Source of the DNA: Fistulifera solaris
Taxonomy: Eukaryota
Assembly: GCA_030295235.1 (NCBI GenBank)
Contig: AP026130.1
Coordinates: 434,001-498,000, forward strand
Reading direction: 5' to 3'
Length of the DNA stretch: 64,000 bases
In this document: one piece after another, positions 11,994 to 22,301 of the stretch
Layout: each line of letters opens with the position of its first letter
How positions within the stretch are numbered: the stretch's first letter is position 1
The notes under the pieces: model-generated
The model's input: only the letters and a program-made list of their open reading frames with translations
The model's database searches: none
Told to the model about the DNA's origin: nothing
Position numbers and translations under genes: made by a program

Positions 11994-12683
11994 ATGAGTT
12001 TTCCTCCAGATGATGCGGAAAATGAATGGGAATACATCAATGGCGAAACAAGGCCTCTTCTTAGAAACGATCGAAAAGTCGCCGTGGGAGGAGACGAATC
12101 TGATGCGGCTAGTGAAAACCGTGCTGCCAAAACAAGTCTCTGGGATCGTTACTGCGAATTACTAGAGACTCATCCGCTTTTTGTGAAGAGCGTTACCGCT
12201 CTTTTCATCGTTGGTAGCGGTGATCTTTGTGCGCAAGGAGTAGAGCATCTCCGGGGAACGAACCACAGTGCGAGCGTAGATTGGCTTCGGGTCGCTCGAT
12301 TTGGTGCAATTGGCTTCTTCGGAGCTCCGTGGAGTCATTATTACTTTTCCTTCCTGGACCATTACTTGCCCCCGACTGAAAAACCGTTTACACGAAGAAC
12401 TTTTGTCAAAGTTTTGATCGATCAATTCATTCAAGCTCCAATTCTCCTCTTGTTGATGATCAGCGGTCTTAGCTTACTGCAGCTAAATGGAATCGAGGGA
12501 GTAAAGAAATCAGTCCGAGATACATTTTGGACCAGCTTAGTTGCAAACTGGAAATTCTGGATCACGGCCTCCTTCATTAATTTGGCGTTTGTGAGGCCAG
12601 AGTTTCGCGTATTGTTTTTGAACTGTGGGTTCTTGATATGGATAATTATTTTATCCATCATTTTGAATAGTGAATCCACTTAG
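11994..12683 (+). CDS. Mpv17/PMP22 family membrane protein (second paralog, no signal peptide)
   Basis: HPLFVKSVTA...GDLCAQ, DWLRVARF, KVLIDQ and ANWKFW motifs; intronless. Confidence 0.9.
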   Translation: MSFPPDDAENEWEYINGETRPLLRNDRKVAVGGDESDAASENRAAKTSLWDRYCELLETHPLFVKSVTALFIVGSGDLCAQGVEHLRGTNHSASVDWLRVARFGAIGFFGAPWSHYYFSFLDHYLPPTEKPFTRRTFVKVLIDQFIQAPILLLLMISGLSLLQLNGIEGVKKSVRDTFWTSLVANWKFWITASFINLAFVRPEFRVLFLNCGFLIWIIILSIILNSEST

Positions 12684-13195
12684 ACTAGATGATTATCGAG
12701 AATCAGGGATCAATAATACGTAGTAAGTAATAATTGAATAGAACTGAGTAACCATTGTGCTTGCATGTACTGAACTGCGTGATTAGTTTGGAACAATTGA
12801 TGATCGGCGACACACAAGATCATAGCTCTCCGGTAATTACAATGATGTCCGAGCTTTTAGAGGCATCTCTGCTGGACCTGGACGGGCTCTATAGACCTAG
12901 CTTTTTAATCGCACAGCCTTTAGCCTTAGCTTTAAGTGGTGTTGAAAGAAGGGACGAGGAACGAGGCCCGAAATCTAAAGAGGCCAATTGCTCCATGTTC
13001 TTTTTAGGCCCTTCTTTTCCACCTAAATAGCCCCCGATCGAAATCCTGCAATAAATCTTGTTGACTCGAAAGTTCGAGTTCGTAGAAACATTGAGTCATC
13101 TCTATGGAAGTCTTCTCATGTTTCATGCATCCTTATTTATCTTCGTTTTGTCGGCGAGCTTACAAATTTCGAGCAGAAACAAACTAGCAGTCAAC

Positions 13196-14165
13196 ATGTC
13201 TTTCGAAACTATGATGGAACGCGCGAAAAGCGCCGATGGCTTTCTCGCTGCGCTCGATCAAAGCGGTGGAAGCACCCCGAAGGCCTTAAAGATCTACGGC
13301 GTCCCCGATGATGTAAGTTGCGACTCGTCTTATAATTCAAAATAGCGTGTGTCCTCAATATAGTATCTTTGTATCTTATCTATCAGGCGTATGTCAGTGG
13401 GGAGGAGTCGATGTACGAAATGGTGCACGCCATGCGTAGCCGTATCATCACGGCAAAACCCTTCACAGGAGAAAAGATCCTCGGGGCCATCCTGTTCGAG
13501 AACACAATGGATCGCGAGATCGAAGGATCCCCACCGGGCAATATCTCTGGGAGAAGAAAAACATCATTCCTTTCATCAAGATTGATAAGGGTCTAGCAGA
13601 TGAGGAAAACGGCGTGCAGTTGATGAAGCCCATTCCAGGTCTGGAAGACCTACTCAAACGCGCAAAGGCAAAAGGATTTTTCGGTACCAAGATGAGATCG
13701 GTAATCAACAGCGCCAATGAACAGGGAATCAAGGCTATTGTGGACCAACAGTTCGCTATCGGAAAGCAAATCATTTCCTTCGGTTTGGTGCCTATCATTG
13801 AGCCCGAAGTCAACATTAAGGCCGACGATAAAGAGCTCTGTGAAGACATCCTCAAAAGTCGTATCATGGAACAACTCGACCAGCTCGGAGATGACGAAAA
13901 GGTGATGCTCAAGCTCACGCTCCCGACAAAGGTGAATCACTACAGAGAATGCATTGACCATCCCAAAGTAGTTCGTGTTGTAGCCTTGAGCGGAGGGTAC
14001 AGTCGTGATGAAGCGAATGAGATCCTGGCAAAACAAAAAGGAATGATCGCTAGTTTTTCGCGTGCTCTAGCGGAGGGATTGGTGTACGGCTCGAGCGATG
14101 AAGAGTACGAAAGTGTACTGGCCAAATCAATTGATGCTATCTATGAAGCCTCCAAGTCCGGGTAG
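13196..14165 (+). CDS. FBA4: Class I fructose-bisphosphate aldolase, bacterial (Staphylococcus-like) type, no presequence (cytosolic FBA4-like)
   Basis: [45 protein letters not shown] (Schiff-base Lys), ALSGGY, ASFSRAL. Intron 13313-13386. One G missing near 13525 (expected [13 protein letters not shown]). Confidence 0.92.
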
Positions 14166-14210
14166 AAGGTAGAAGCACCCTTGCTACCAACATAAGTCAA
14201 CCTGATAGAC

Positions 14211-15413
14211 TTACTTAGCAATGGTTCCATTTATCTTTTTCCATTCTTCCAAATACTTGGCTACCAAATGTATTTGCAGGTCATCTTTGAAGGCCTCTTC
14301 ATTCAAATCTCGATACCCGGATATTTTCGCAGGTACACCGCTGACAATAGCAAGTGGTGGGACTGGCTTAGTAACAATCGACTTGGCCGTTACAACGGCA
14401 CCATCACCCACGGGGATGTTTCCTAGAATTGTGCCCCCGTCTTGAACAATTACTCCATTTCCAATTTTGGGGTGCCGATCTCCCCTCTCCTTCCCCGTTC
14501 CGCCTAACGTCACACCCTCTGCCAGCGACGTATCATTTCCCACCACAGCAGTTTCTCCAATCACAACCCCGGCGCCGGTACGTAGATAAATCGAGCTTCC
14601 CATGGTGCATGCGGGATGAATATCGGCGGAATAGATCCGACTCACCTTCGATTGCATGTAGTAGGCTAGGGCTGTGCGCCCGGCTCGCCACAGTCGAGAA
14701 CCGAGACGATAGCAAACCAATGCTTGAAAGCCATTGTGGAATAAGATTGCGAGCATAGCACTTTCTACCGAAGGACTTCGTGTAGCGACAGCTTCCAAAT
14801 CCAGCCGAATACAAGCCTCGTCCTCGGCAAATAAATTTTCCAAGAAAAGGTTTTTGATAGCCGGAGCGGGAATCAATTCGGTTTCGATACGATGCGATAT
14901 TATTGTGCAAATAGCTTCCAAAAGAGTCGTTTGTGATAATATTCCTTGATAGACTTGAGGTCCAGCTTCGGGTTCTACTTCCAAAACCGCCCTCGCTTCC
15001 ATTTTGACTTGCTCCCAAAATGGATCGTATTTCTCATTCTTTTCCAACTGCTTACGAGAATAATCTAAAAACTCCTGCCAGTCATGATCGGACGAGAAGA
15101 TGACTTGCGATCGATAGGGATTCAGCGTCCTACTATTGCGTAATGAAACATTCATGGTCACTGGAGATGTCGGCACTCTTTCGAAATCATCTGCTGTAGT
15201 TCCAATGCCTGCTTCGAAAGTAGGAATTGATGAATTGAGTGGTTTAGGAGAAGACCCAGAGATAGAGGATGAAAAGAGCTCCATTCGCTTCAGTTTCAGG
15301 TTCCGATGACATCGAGAAGCAGAAATCGGTTGTCGGAGTAGCAGGGAATCGGAACACCGCAATATTGTTAGCAACGCGATCGTAAGAATCGCTTTCCGTA
15401 AATGCGTTTTCAT
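14211..15413 (-). CDS. Serine O-acetyltransferase-like protein with signal/transit peptide; catalytic Asp-His replaced
   Basis: SATase N-terminal helical domain, DIHPA, VIGETAVVG, VTLGGTGK..GDRHPKIG, GVPAK. The canonical LDHxTG reads LRTGAG. Confidence 0.88.
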   Translation of the reverse strand: MKTHLRKAILTIALLTILRCSDSLLLRQPISASRCHRNLKLKRMELFSSSISGSSPKPLNSSIPTFEAGIGTTADDFERVPTSPVTMNVSLRNSRTLNPYRSQVIFSSDHDWQEFLDYSRKQLEKNEKYDPFWEQVKMEARAVLEVEPEAGPQVYQGILSQTTLLEAICTIISHRIETELIPAPAIKNLFLENLFAEDEACIRLDLEAVATRSPSVESAMLAILFHNGFQALVCYRLGSRLWRAGRTALAYYMQSKVSRIYSADIHPACTMGSSIYLRTGAGVVIGETAVVGNDTSLAEGVTLGGTGKERGDRHPKIGNGVIVQDGGTILGNIPVGDGAVVTAKSIVTKPVPPLAIVSGVPAKISGYRDLNEEAFKDDLQIHLVAKYLEEWKKINGTIAK

Positions 15414-15685
15414 GTTAGGCCTCTCACAAACAAAGAATTAATTAGACTTCTGCATTCCCTTGAACGAGTTGTTGTTATTATTGTTCATTTTCGAAAAACA
15501 AGGTGATGTTTGCTTGTCTCATTCGCAGCCGCAATTCAAGGCCGCAATTCGCTGCATGATATCCTCTGAAAAGTACTCGCTAGGGTTAGGCTATCTATAT
15601 AGCTCTAAACCCTTCATTTTTATCACTTTCGGCTGCAACTAAGACATAGCTATCTCGAAACTTCAACATTACTTCTCATTGTTAT

Positions 15686-16903
15686 TTACTGAGCGGCAGC
15701 ATAAGCGTCAATGACTTCCTGAACGTCGTTTTTGGATCCCATAATGACAGGAACGCGTTGGTGAACCACTTCGGGGGAGATTTCCATGACACGTTCTTTA
15801 CCCGTAGTTGAAAGTCCTCCCGCTTGCTCGACAATGAAGGACATGGGGGCACCTTCATACAATAAACGCAGCTTTCCGTTGGGATTCTTCTTGTCGCCAG
15901 GATATCCAAAGACACCACCGTAAAGAAGGGTTCGGTGAACATCACCGACCATGGATCCAATGTAACGGCTGGAGAATTTCTTTCCGGATTTTCCTTTTCC
16001 AGCTTTCCACTTAGCTACCGTCTCTTGGAGAGGCTTGTCCCAGTTGGGTGTGTTGGCCTCATTAAAAGAAATGATCGATGATTCTTCGGGGATCTTAATA
16101 TCCGGATGACTCAACACAAATTCACCTAGATTCTCATCCAACGTGAATCCATAAGTTCCCGATCCCAGCGTCAAGACCAAGAAAGTCGACGAGGAGTACA
16201 GACAGTAAGCCGCCGCTACTAAGTTGGTACCGGGCTGGAGAGTGTTCGCCAAGCACTGGGCTTCCTGCTCGGTGCAGTCTTCACCGACGCAGTCGGGGTC
16301 GATGGCACAGTTTTCGTCGTGTTCGTAGATTCCAATAATGGTTCCGGTAGGGATACCGGCATCCACGTTCGAAGATCCATCCAAAGGATCAAAAACCGCC
16401 ACATATCGTTCGCCTTCATCAATCAGCACACCTTTGTTGGCACCACTCAGATCGACAGGAACGTCCTCTTCTTCCGAAGCCAAAACACCAAGACGACCCG
16501 TGAAACGAAGAGCCCGCTTCAAAAGATCGTTTGTGATAACATCCAACTTCTTCTGATCCTCTCCTTGCACATTCACTTCACCCTGATAGCCCAGAGTCTC
16601 ACTGGAAGGAAGTTGCGATCGCTTGACGAGATTCGAAATGGCTTTGCAGGCCGTCTCGATCGCCCCGAACAAGACCGTCAATTCCGTGATATCTGGGTTG
16701 AGCATGGCAACTTCGGACATGAATCGCTTCAACGTGACTCCGGTCGTTTCACAGACTTCATCAAAGACGGGCGCCTTGGTCTTTTGCGGAGCCGACGCGA
16801 CGTGCAGGGCGGTCGACGATGCACGGAACGGGCGGCTGACCGAGAAAGCCGACAACGTCGAAGTCGTGCTCACCAGGAGAACTGTAAAGAGATTCAATTT
16901 CAT
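15686..16903 (-). CDS. FBP: Plastid fructose-1,6-bisphosphatase (paralog A, intronless)
   Basis: LSA-F presequence; GEDQKKLDV, ASEE, FDPLDGSSN, RYIGSMVGDVHRTLLYGG, GKLRLLYE; Cys-rich redox loop. Confidence 0.96.
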   Translation of the reverse strand: MKLNLFTVLLVSTTSTLSAFSVSRPFRASSTALHVASAPQKTKAPVFDEVCETTGVTLKRFMSEVAMLNPDITELTVLFGAIETACKAISNLVKRSQLPSSETLGYQGEVNVQGEDQKKLDVITNDLLKRALRFTGRLGVLASEEEDVPVDLSGANKGVLIDEGERYVAVFDPLDGSSNVDAGIPTGTIIGIYEHDENCAIDPDCVGEDCTEQEAQCLANTLQPGTNLVAAAYCLYSSSTFLVLTLGSGTYGFTLDENLGEFVLSHPDIKIPEESSIISFNEANTPNWDKPLQETVAKWKAGKGKSGKKFSSRYIGSMVGDVHRTLLYGGVFGYPGDKKNPNGKLRLLYEGAPMSFIVEQAGGLSTTGKERVMEISPEVVHQRVPVIMGSKNDVQEVIDAYAAAQ

Positions 16904-17331
16904 ATTGATGAACACAGCAACAAAGGTTGGGTGATTATCAAATCCAGCAGAGATCTGCTTTCTCACGTTCCTTCGTCGAAATGGCGGACGTATTTGCCAA
17001 AAACATTGTGACGGACGTAAGTCAAAATAATGGCATCTGTTTTTTCTATCGTTCAATGTGTACAAAAAATGAAAGAAACGGATGAAGGACAGACGTTATT
17101 TAATTCTTTACTTTCTATTTAACAGTCAATGGCATCCGGTAATGGTTCGAGCAAAAGGACGAGAAAAGGATAGCGCAAGTATGTGGCGAGTGTACTTGTA
17201 TGTCGTCGACAGCTTTCTCGAGTCGCGACGACCTTTTATGATAATGAATAACAATTGCTGTTGTTGTTTGTCTCTCAACAAGTTGCTATAGAGAAGCCTC
17301 ATCTCGTTTCCTTTCTATTATCGCTATCAAC

Positions 17332-18643
17332 ATGAAGTTCAACTTGGTGGTATCGCTTCTCGTATGCACGGCATCTCATGCCTTTGTTTCTCAATCGTCA
17401 CCCCGACCCTTCGTTCGGGCGTCTTCGCCAGTCTTTGCCACCGTCGAAGCCCCAGTGGCTCGAAAGACCAAGGCACCCGTCTTTGATGAAGTCTGCGAGA
17501 CTACGGGTGTTACTTTATCGCGCTTCATGAATGAAGTTGCTATGTTGAATCCGGAATTGAAAGAACTCGCCATTTTGTTCGGAGCCATTGATACTGCGTG
17601 CAAGGCCATTACCAACCTCGTCAAGCGATCGCAATTGCCTTCCAGTGAGACTCTGGGTTATCAGGGTGAAGTGAATGTGCAAGGAGAGGATCAGAAGAAG
17701 TTGGATGTTATCACAAACGATCTTTTGAAGCGGGCTCTTCGTTTCACGGGTCGTCTAGGTGTTTTGGCTTCGGAAGAAGAGGACGTTCCTGTCGATCTGA
17801 TCGGAAATGATAAGAGCGATAGTCGAGATATTTTGATCGAAGAAGGCGAACGATATGTTGCCGTCTTTGATCCCTTGGATGGATCATCCAACGTGGATGC
17901 CGGTATCCCCACAGGAACCATTATCGGAATCTACGAGCACGACGAAAACTGCGTCGTCGATCCGGATGTGAGTGATTGGGAGAACTACCAAGCTTAAGTG
18001 TCTTTTGCTTCTCTAACCTTTAGCTGCTTACTTTTGACAGTGCCTTGGAGATGATTGCTCGGAACAGGAAGCCCAGTGCCTGGCGAACACGCTTCAGCCC
18101 GGAACGAACTTGGTCGCTGCTGCTTACTGTCTGTACTCCTCGTCGACCATCCTAGCCTTGACTTTAGGAAACGGTGTTTACATGTTTACTTTGGATGAAA
18201 CCATCGGAGAGTTTGTCCTTTCCAAGCCCAATGTCAAGATCCCCGATGACGCTACGATCTACTCGTTCAACGAGGCCAACTTGGAAATGTGGGACGCTCC
18301 GATGCGAAAATGCGTAGAATCGTGGCGCATGGGAACGGGTAAATCCGGTAAGACTTTCTCGAGCCGTTACATTGGATCCATGGTGGGTGATGTGCACCGC
18401 ACATTGTTGTACGGAGGCGTCTTTGGATACCCGGGGGACACCAAGAACCCCAACGGAAAGCTGCGCCTGTTGTACGAAGGTGCTCCCATGTCTTTCATCA
18501 TGGAACAGGCGGGAGGCATTTCTACGACGGGAAGAAAGCGCGTGATGGAGATTACCCCCGAAGTGGTTCACCAACGTGTCCCTGTCATCATGGGCTCCAA
18601 GAACGTGGTTCAGGAAGTGATTGACGCCTACGCGGCCGAGTAA
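17332..18643 (+). CDS. FBP: Plastid fructose-1,6-bisphosphatase (paralog B)
   Basis: SHA-F presequence; same FBPase motifs as paralog A. Intron 17968-18040 lies inside the Cys loop. Confidence 0.96.
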
Positions 18644-19121
18644 GATACTTACTTTTAGTAATAATGCATTTCATTACAGGCAGGTTATGTCATTAGCCAG
18701 GAACTTGAATACTAATATTTGTTAGCTTACCAGAGGCTATTTTAAAGATGAAGATAGAGAGAGATCGGACCGTCCTCCTAGTTTGTGTGTTTGTGTTTCG
18801 TGTTTCGTTGCTGCGAAAATCTGCAGCCAGAAAGGCTTACGTCATTGACCTGCTGTTGTGTGTCGTTTTGTACTGTCGACGATGAGATCCAAAAGACACG
18901 ACGGTGCGTTGCACGCAAACGTTGTCTACGTATCTTTTGTACTTATGGCGTCTGTCTTTTGCCAGGTTGATGGCAAAAGGACTGACGTCTTGAGAATGCG
19001 CGGAGGAGCCTACGTGTTCGTCAGTTTGGTGAAAAATGTCGTCCGTCGGACAAATAAAAAGCAAGAAAGTTTGTTTCGCAGACGCCATTCCTTTGCGACG
19101 CACTTTCACACCCCCACCAAG

Positions 19122-20332
19122 ATGAAGTTCGTTGCCGCTCTCTTTCTCTTTGTGAACTCGGCTACTGCTTTCAGCCTGAGTTCTCCTGCTTTCGCTGCAC
19201 CCAAGACCTCTTCAACGCAACTCATGGGTGAATTCGGTGCTTCCTCCACTTCGTTCTACACCACCACGGAGAAAAAAGATTCTTACGAGAGTTTGGACGA
19301 TGTTTTGAGCACCAAGTGCAGTGATCCCAAAGTTCGTCATGTCATCAAGGACATGCTCAACGTATGCGCCGAAATCACGGAGGCTTTGCGAACTGCCCTT
19401 GTGACTGTGGAAGGTAGCATGAACGATTTCGGAGACGCGCAGCTCAGTGTTGACGTAAGTACTGCAACGCGCTCCGACGTGACAGTTTGGCAGAATACAG
19501 TCCCTCACACGCCATATCTTCACTCCTTTTTTACTTATCATAGGTAATTGCCGATAACTTGCTATGGGATGCTGTCAAGCGCTCTTCGGTGGTCCGTGAA
19601 GGAGCTTCGGAAGAAGACCCCATTGTTCGTGACGTTGACGAAGGCGGTGAGGGTGAATTCACTGTCTGCTGGGATCCCTTGGATGGTTCTTCGATTGTGG
19701 ATAACAACTGGGCTGTAGGAACCATGATCGGTATCTGGCCCAAGCGCACTGGACTGATCGGAGCGACGGGCCGTGATCAGGTCACTTCCTTGGTGGCCCT
19801 GTACGGTCCCCGAACGACAGTTTTGGTGGCCCTCGACGACGGAACGTATGAATTCAGCTACGGTTGCACACCCGAGGGGTGCCAGCTCCCGGATGGATCT
19901 TGGGAACCCTGGATCTGCTCTCGTCACAAAATTCAAATCAAGCCCGACTGCAAGATCTTTTCACCGGCCAACTTGCGTGCGGCACAAGATGTGGCAGGAT
20001 ACAAGAAACTCGTCGATCATTACATGGAAAACCGTTACACTCTTCGTTACTCGGGAGGTTTGGTGCCAGATGTTTACCAACAGTTTACCAAGGAACAGGG
20101 TGTCTTCTCCAACCCCACTTCGTCTAGCAGCCCTGCCAAGCTCCGTCTTGCTTTTGAAGCCGCTCCTTTCGGTCTTTTGGTTGAGAAATCCGGCGGAAAG
20201 ACCTCAGATGGTGTCACTGGTGGATCCATCTTGGATGTTCAGATCAACTCCGTGGACCAGCGTACTGCCCTCTGCATTGGATCGGCCAACGAGGTAAACC
20301 GATTCAACGAATTCCTCAGCCTTGGTAACTAA
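19122..20332 (+). CDS. SBP: Plastid sedoheptulose-1,7-bisphosphatase
   Basis: ATA-F presequence; FGDAQLSVDV, WDPLDGSSIVDNNWAVGT, YGPRTT, YTLRYSGGLVPDV, AKLRLAFEAAP (SBPase-type rather than FBPase-type signatures). Intron 19455-19543. Confidence 0.92.
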
Positions 20333-20489
20333 GATGCTGTATGAGTATGAGATATTAATGGATCTCTTTTATTTTACATAAAATTAAAGATTTCACTTTG
20401 TCGCTTTTAGCCGTTTGCTGCTCCACCGGTCGTTGCCTACAAAGCGGAATGGCTATTTCAAATAGCAAATTGAGTTTCTAACTGAGTAT

Positions 20490-22301
20490 TTAATCCGCAT
20501 GAGGGAATGGGAAGCTTCGTCCTGTGCCTCCATCGCCGGGCTCTCCATTCATTGTTCTCATTCGCATAATATCGCGCTCGCGACGGCCTCGGAAGATCCA
20601 TCGAATAGGGGTAGCTTCAAAGCCATCTAAACTTTCTCGGAATTTGCGATCCAAATACCGCCTGTAGTTATCATTCACGAGCTTAGGGTCGTTGCAAAAT
20701 ACTACGATTGTGGGAGGTCTCGTACTGACTTGGTTGCAATAGTAGATTCTCGCTTGGGAGCCGTTTCGACGAGCCGGCGGTGGCTGCCACAAAATGGCAT
20801 CTCTCAAGACCTCGTTCAAAATCGACGTACTTATTCTTTTCCTGTGCGCTGCAATTGCTTCATCGATAACACCGTAAATTTTACCTACACGTTGACCGGT
20901 AGCGGCTGAGATGAACAGAATCGGAGCCCATCGAATCTGCGGAAGTTCCTCGCGTACATATTTGACAGCCTTGTCGTACGTCAAGGAGTCCTTGTCCACA
21001 ACGGCGTCCCATTTGTTGCATATTATGGCACATGCTCTGCCATCATCTGATATTTTCTGTGCTAATATGCGATCTTGCTCGGTAACACCAGCAGTGGCAT
21101 CCAAGATAAGCAAGACCACATCCGCTCGCCGAATCGCTCGAAGCGCCCTGTTGACCATGAAAAACTCAGGCCCAAAATCGACTTTTCCCTTTCTTCGAAT
21201 GCCGGCGGTATCCACAAAACGGTACAAAGTAGGCTGCTCGTCCGAACCAGGTGGAGCAGGTCGTTCCATCACGGCATCGATGGAGTCCCTGGTGGTTCCG
21301 GCAAGATCTGAAACGATGGCCCGTGTGCCGCCAAAGATTGCATTCAATAGGCTCGATTTTCCTACATTGGGGCGTCCTATGATAGCGACATTGATCTCTT
21401 CTTGTTGTTCTAACTCATCAAACGCTGCTAGGGCATCCTCATACGCATCCAAAGCATTTTGAGCAGCATCTCCGATTCCATATTTTCGCATCTTGTAGGA
21501 GGTCTCATCCTCACCAGGAAGAGGACCTTTGTGCTTCATAATTGCTTTTGCCTCCTGTAACTTCTTCACTTTCGTACCGAATCCATCAATCGCTGTTTTC
21601 TTTTGCGCGATCTGCTCAAACATGGACTCTAGAAGATCCGCAGTCCCTACTCCGTGTAATGCGGAAACAGGAAAGGGTTCTCCAAGTCCCAACTGCCAGA
21701 ACTCGGACGCCGCCATAGCTCCCGTCTTTTCACTCTCACATTTGTTGACAGCCATCAGTACTGGAATATCTTTGACAACTTCCTTCCGCAAGAATTCAGC
21801 AATGGCCACATCCATCGGTGAGAGCCCCGCTTGCCCATCCGCTACCAAGATAACTGCCGCGCTTTCTTCAATCGCTATCATGGCCTGTTCACGAATCTCT
21901 TTCGCAAACAAAGTATTCTCATCGTCATCAAACACCAACCCTCCCGTATCCACTACAGAGAAATGCTCTCCCAGGAATTCGGCCGGTCGATACGTTCGAT
22001 CGCGCGTGATACCGGACTCGTCCGCCACAATGGCGCCGCCCGACTGACTCCCGGCAATGCGATTGACGAGTGCCGACTTTCCGACATTCGGGCGACCGAC
22101 AATAGCAATCAAAGGTACTTTTTTGTTCTTCCGAGCGCGTCGAATGGGTTGTTGCGTCGGATTGTCGGCTTCGATTTTGGTAGAATACAGTAACATGGAA
22201 ACTGGTTTTGCCGGTAACTTTGTCATGGAAGGACTCAGCCAGCTTTGAGCGGCTTCCATGAGAAACAGTAATGCAATGGTGCTTCTCAATAGAAATATCA
22301 T
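20490..22301 (-). CDS. der: Plastid ribosome-biogenesis GTPase Der/EngA
   Basis: Two tandem G domains (GRPNVGKS twice, DTGG/DTAG, NKCE/NKWD) and a KH-like C-terminus; signal peptide ending AQS-W. Confidence 0.95.
   Translation of the reverse strand: MIFLLRSTIALLFLMEAAQSWLSPSMTKLPAKPVSMLLYSTKIEADNPTQQPIRRARKNKKVPLIAIVGRPNVGKSALVNRIAGSQSGGAIVADESGITRDRTYRPAEFLGEHFSVVDTGGLVFDDDENTLFAKEIREQAMIAIEESAAVILVADGQAGLSPMDVAIAEFLRKEVVKDIPVLMAVNKCESEKTGAMAASEFWQLGLGEPFPVSALHGVGTADLLESMFEQIAQKKTAIDGFGTKVKKLQEAKAIMKHKGPLPGEDETSYKMRKYGIGDAAQNALDAYEDALAAFDELEQQEEINVAIIGRPNVGKSSLLNAIFGGTRAIVSDLAGTTRDSIDAVMERPAPPGSDEQPTLYRFVDTAGIRRKGKVDFGPEFFMVNRALRAIRRADVVLLILDATAGVTEQDRILAQKISDDGRACAIICNKWDAVVDKDSLTYDKAVKYVREELPQIRWAPILFISAATGQRVGKIYGVIDEAIAAHRKRISTSILNEVLRDAILWQPPPARRNGSQARIYYCNQVSTRPPTIVVFCNDPKLVNDNYRRYLDRKFRESLDGFEATPIRWIFRGRRERDIMRMRTMNGEPGDGGTGRSFPFPHAD

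Noticed and set aside
16319..17011. 230-aa plus-strand ORF and other long antisense ORFs over FBP, Der, SerC and SET
   Set aside because: Shadow frames of well-supported genes with no recognisable motifs.
16904..17065. N-terminal extensions of FBPase A, SBPase (18858) and FBA (13058) given by the ORF track
   Set aside because: They start at non-ATG codons upstream of the natural Met that begins the signal peptide or conserved domain.
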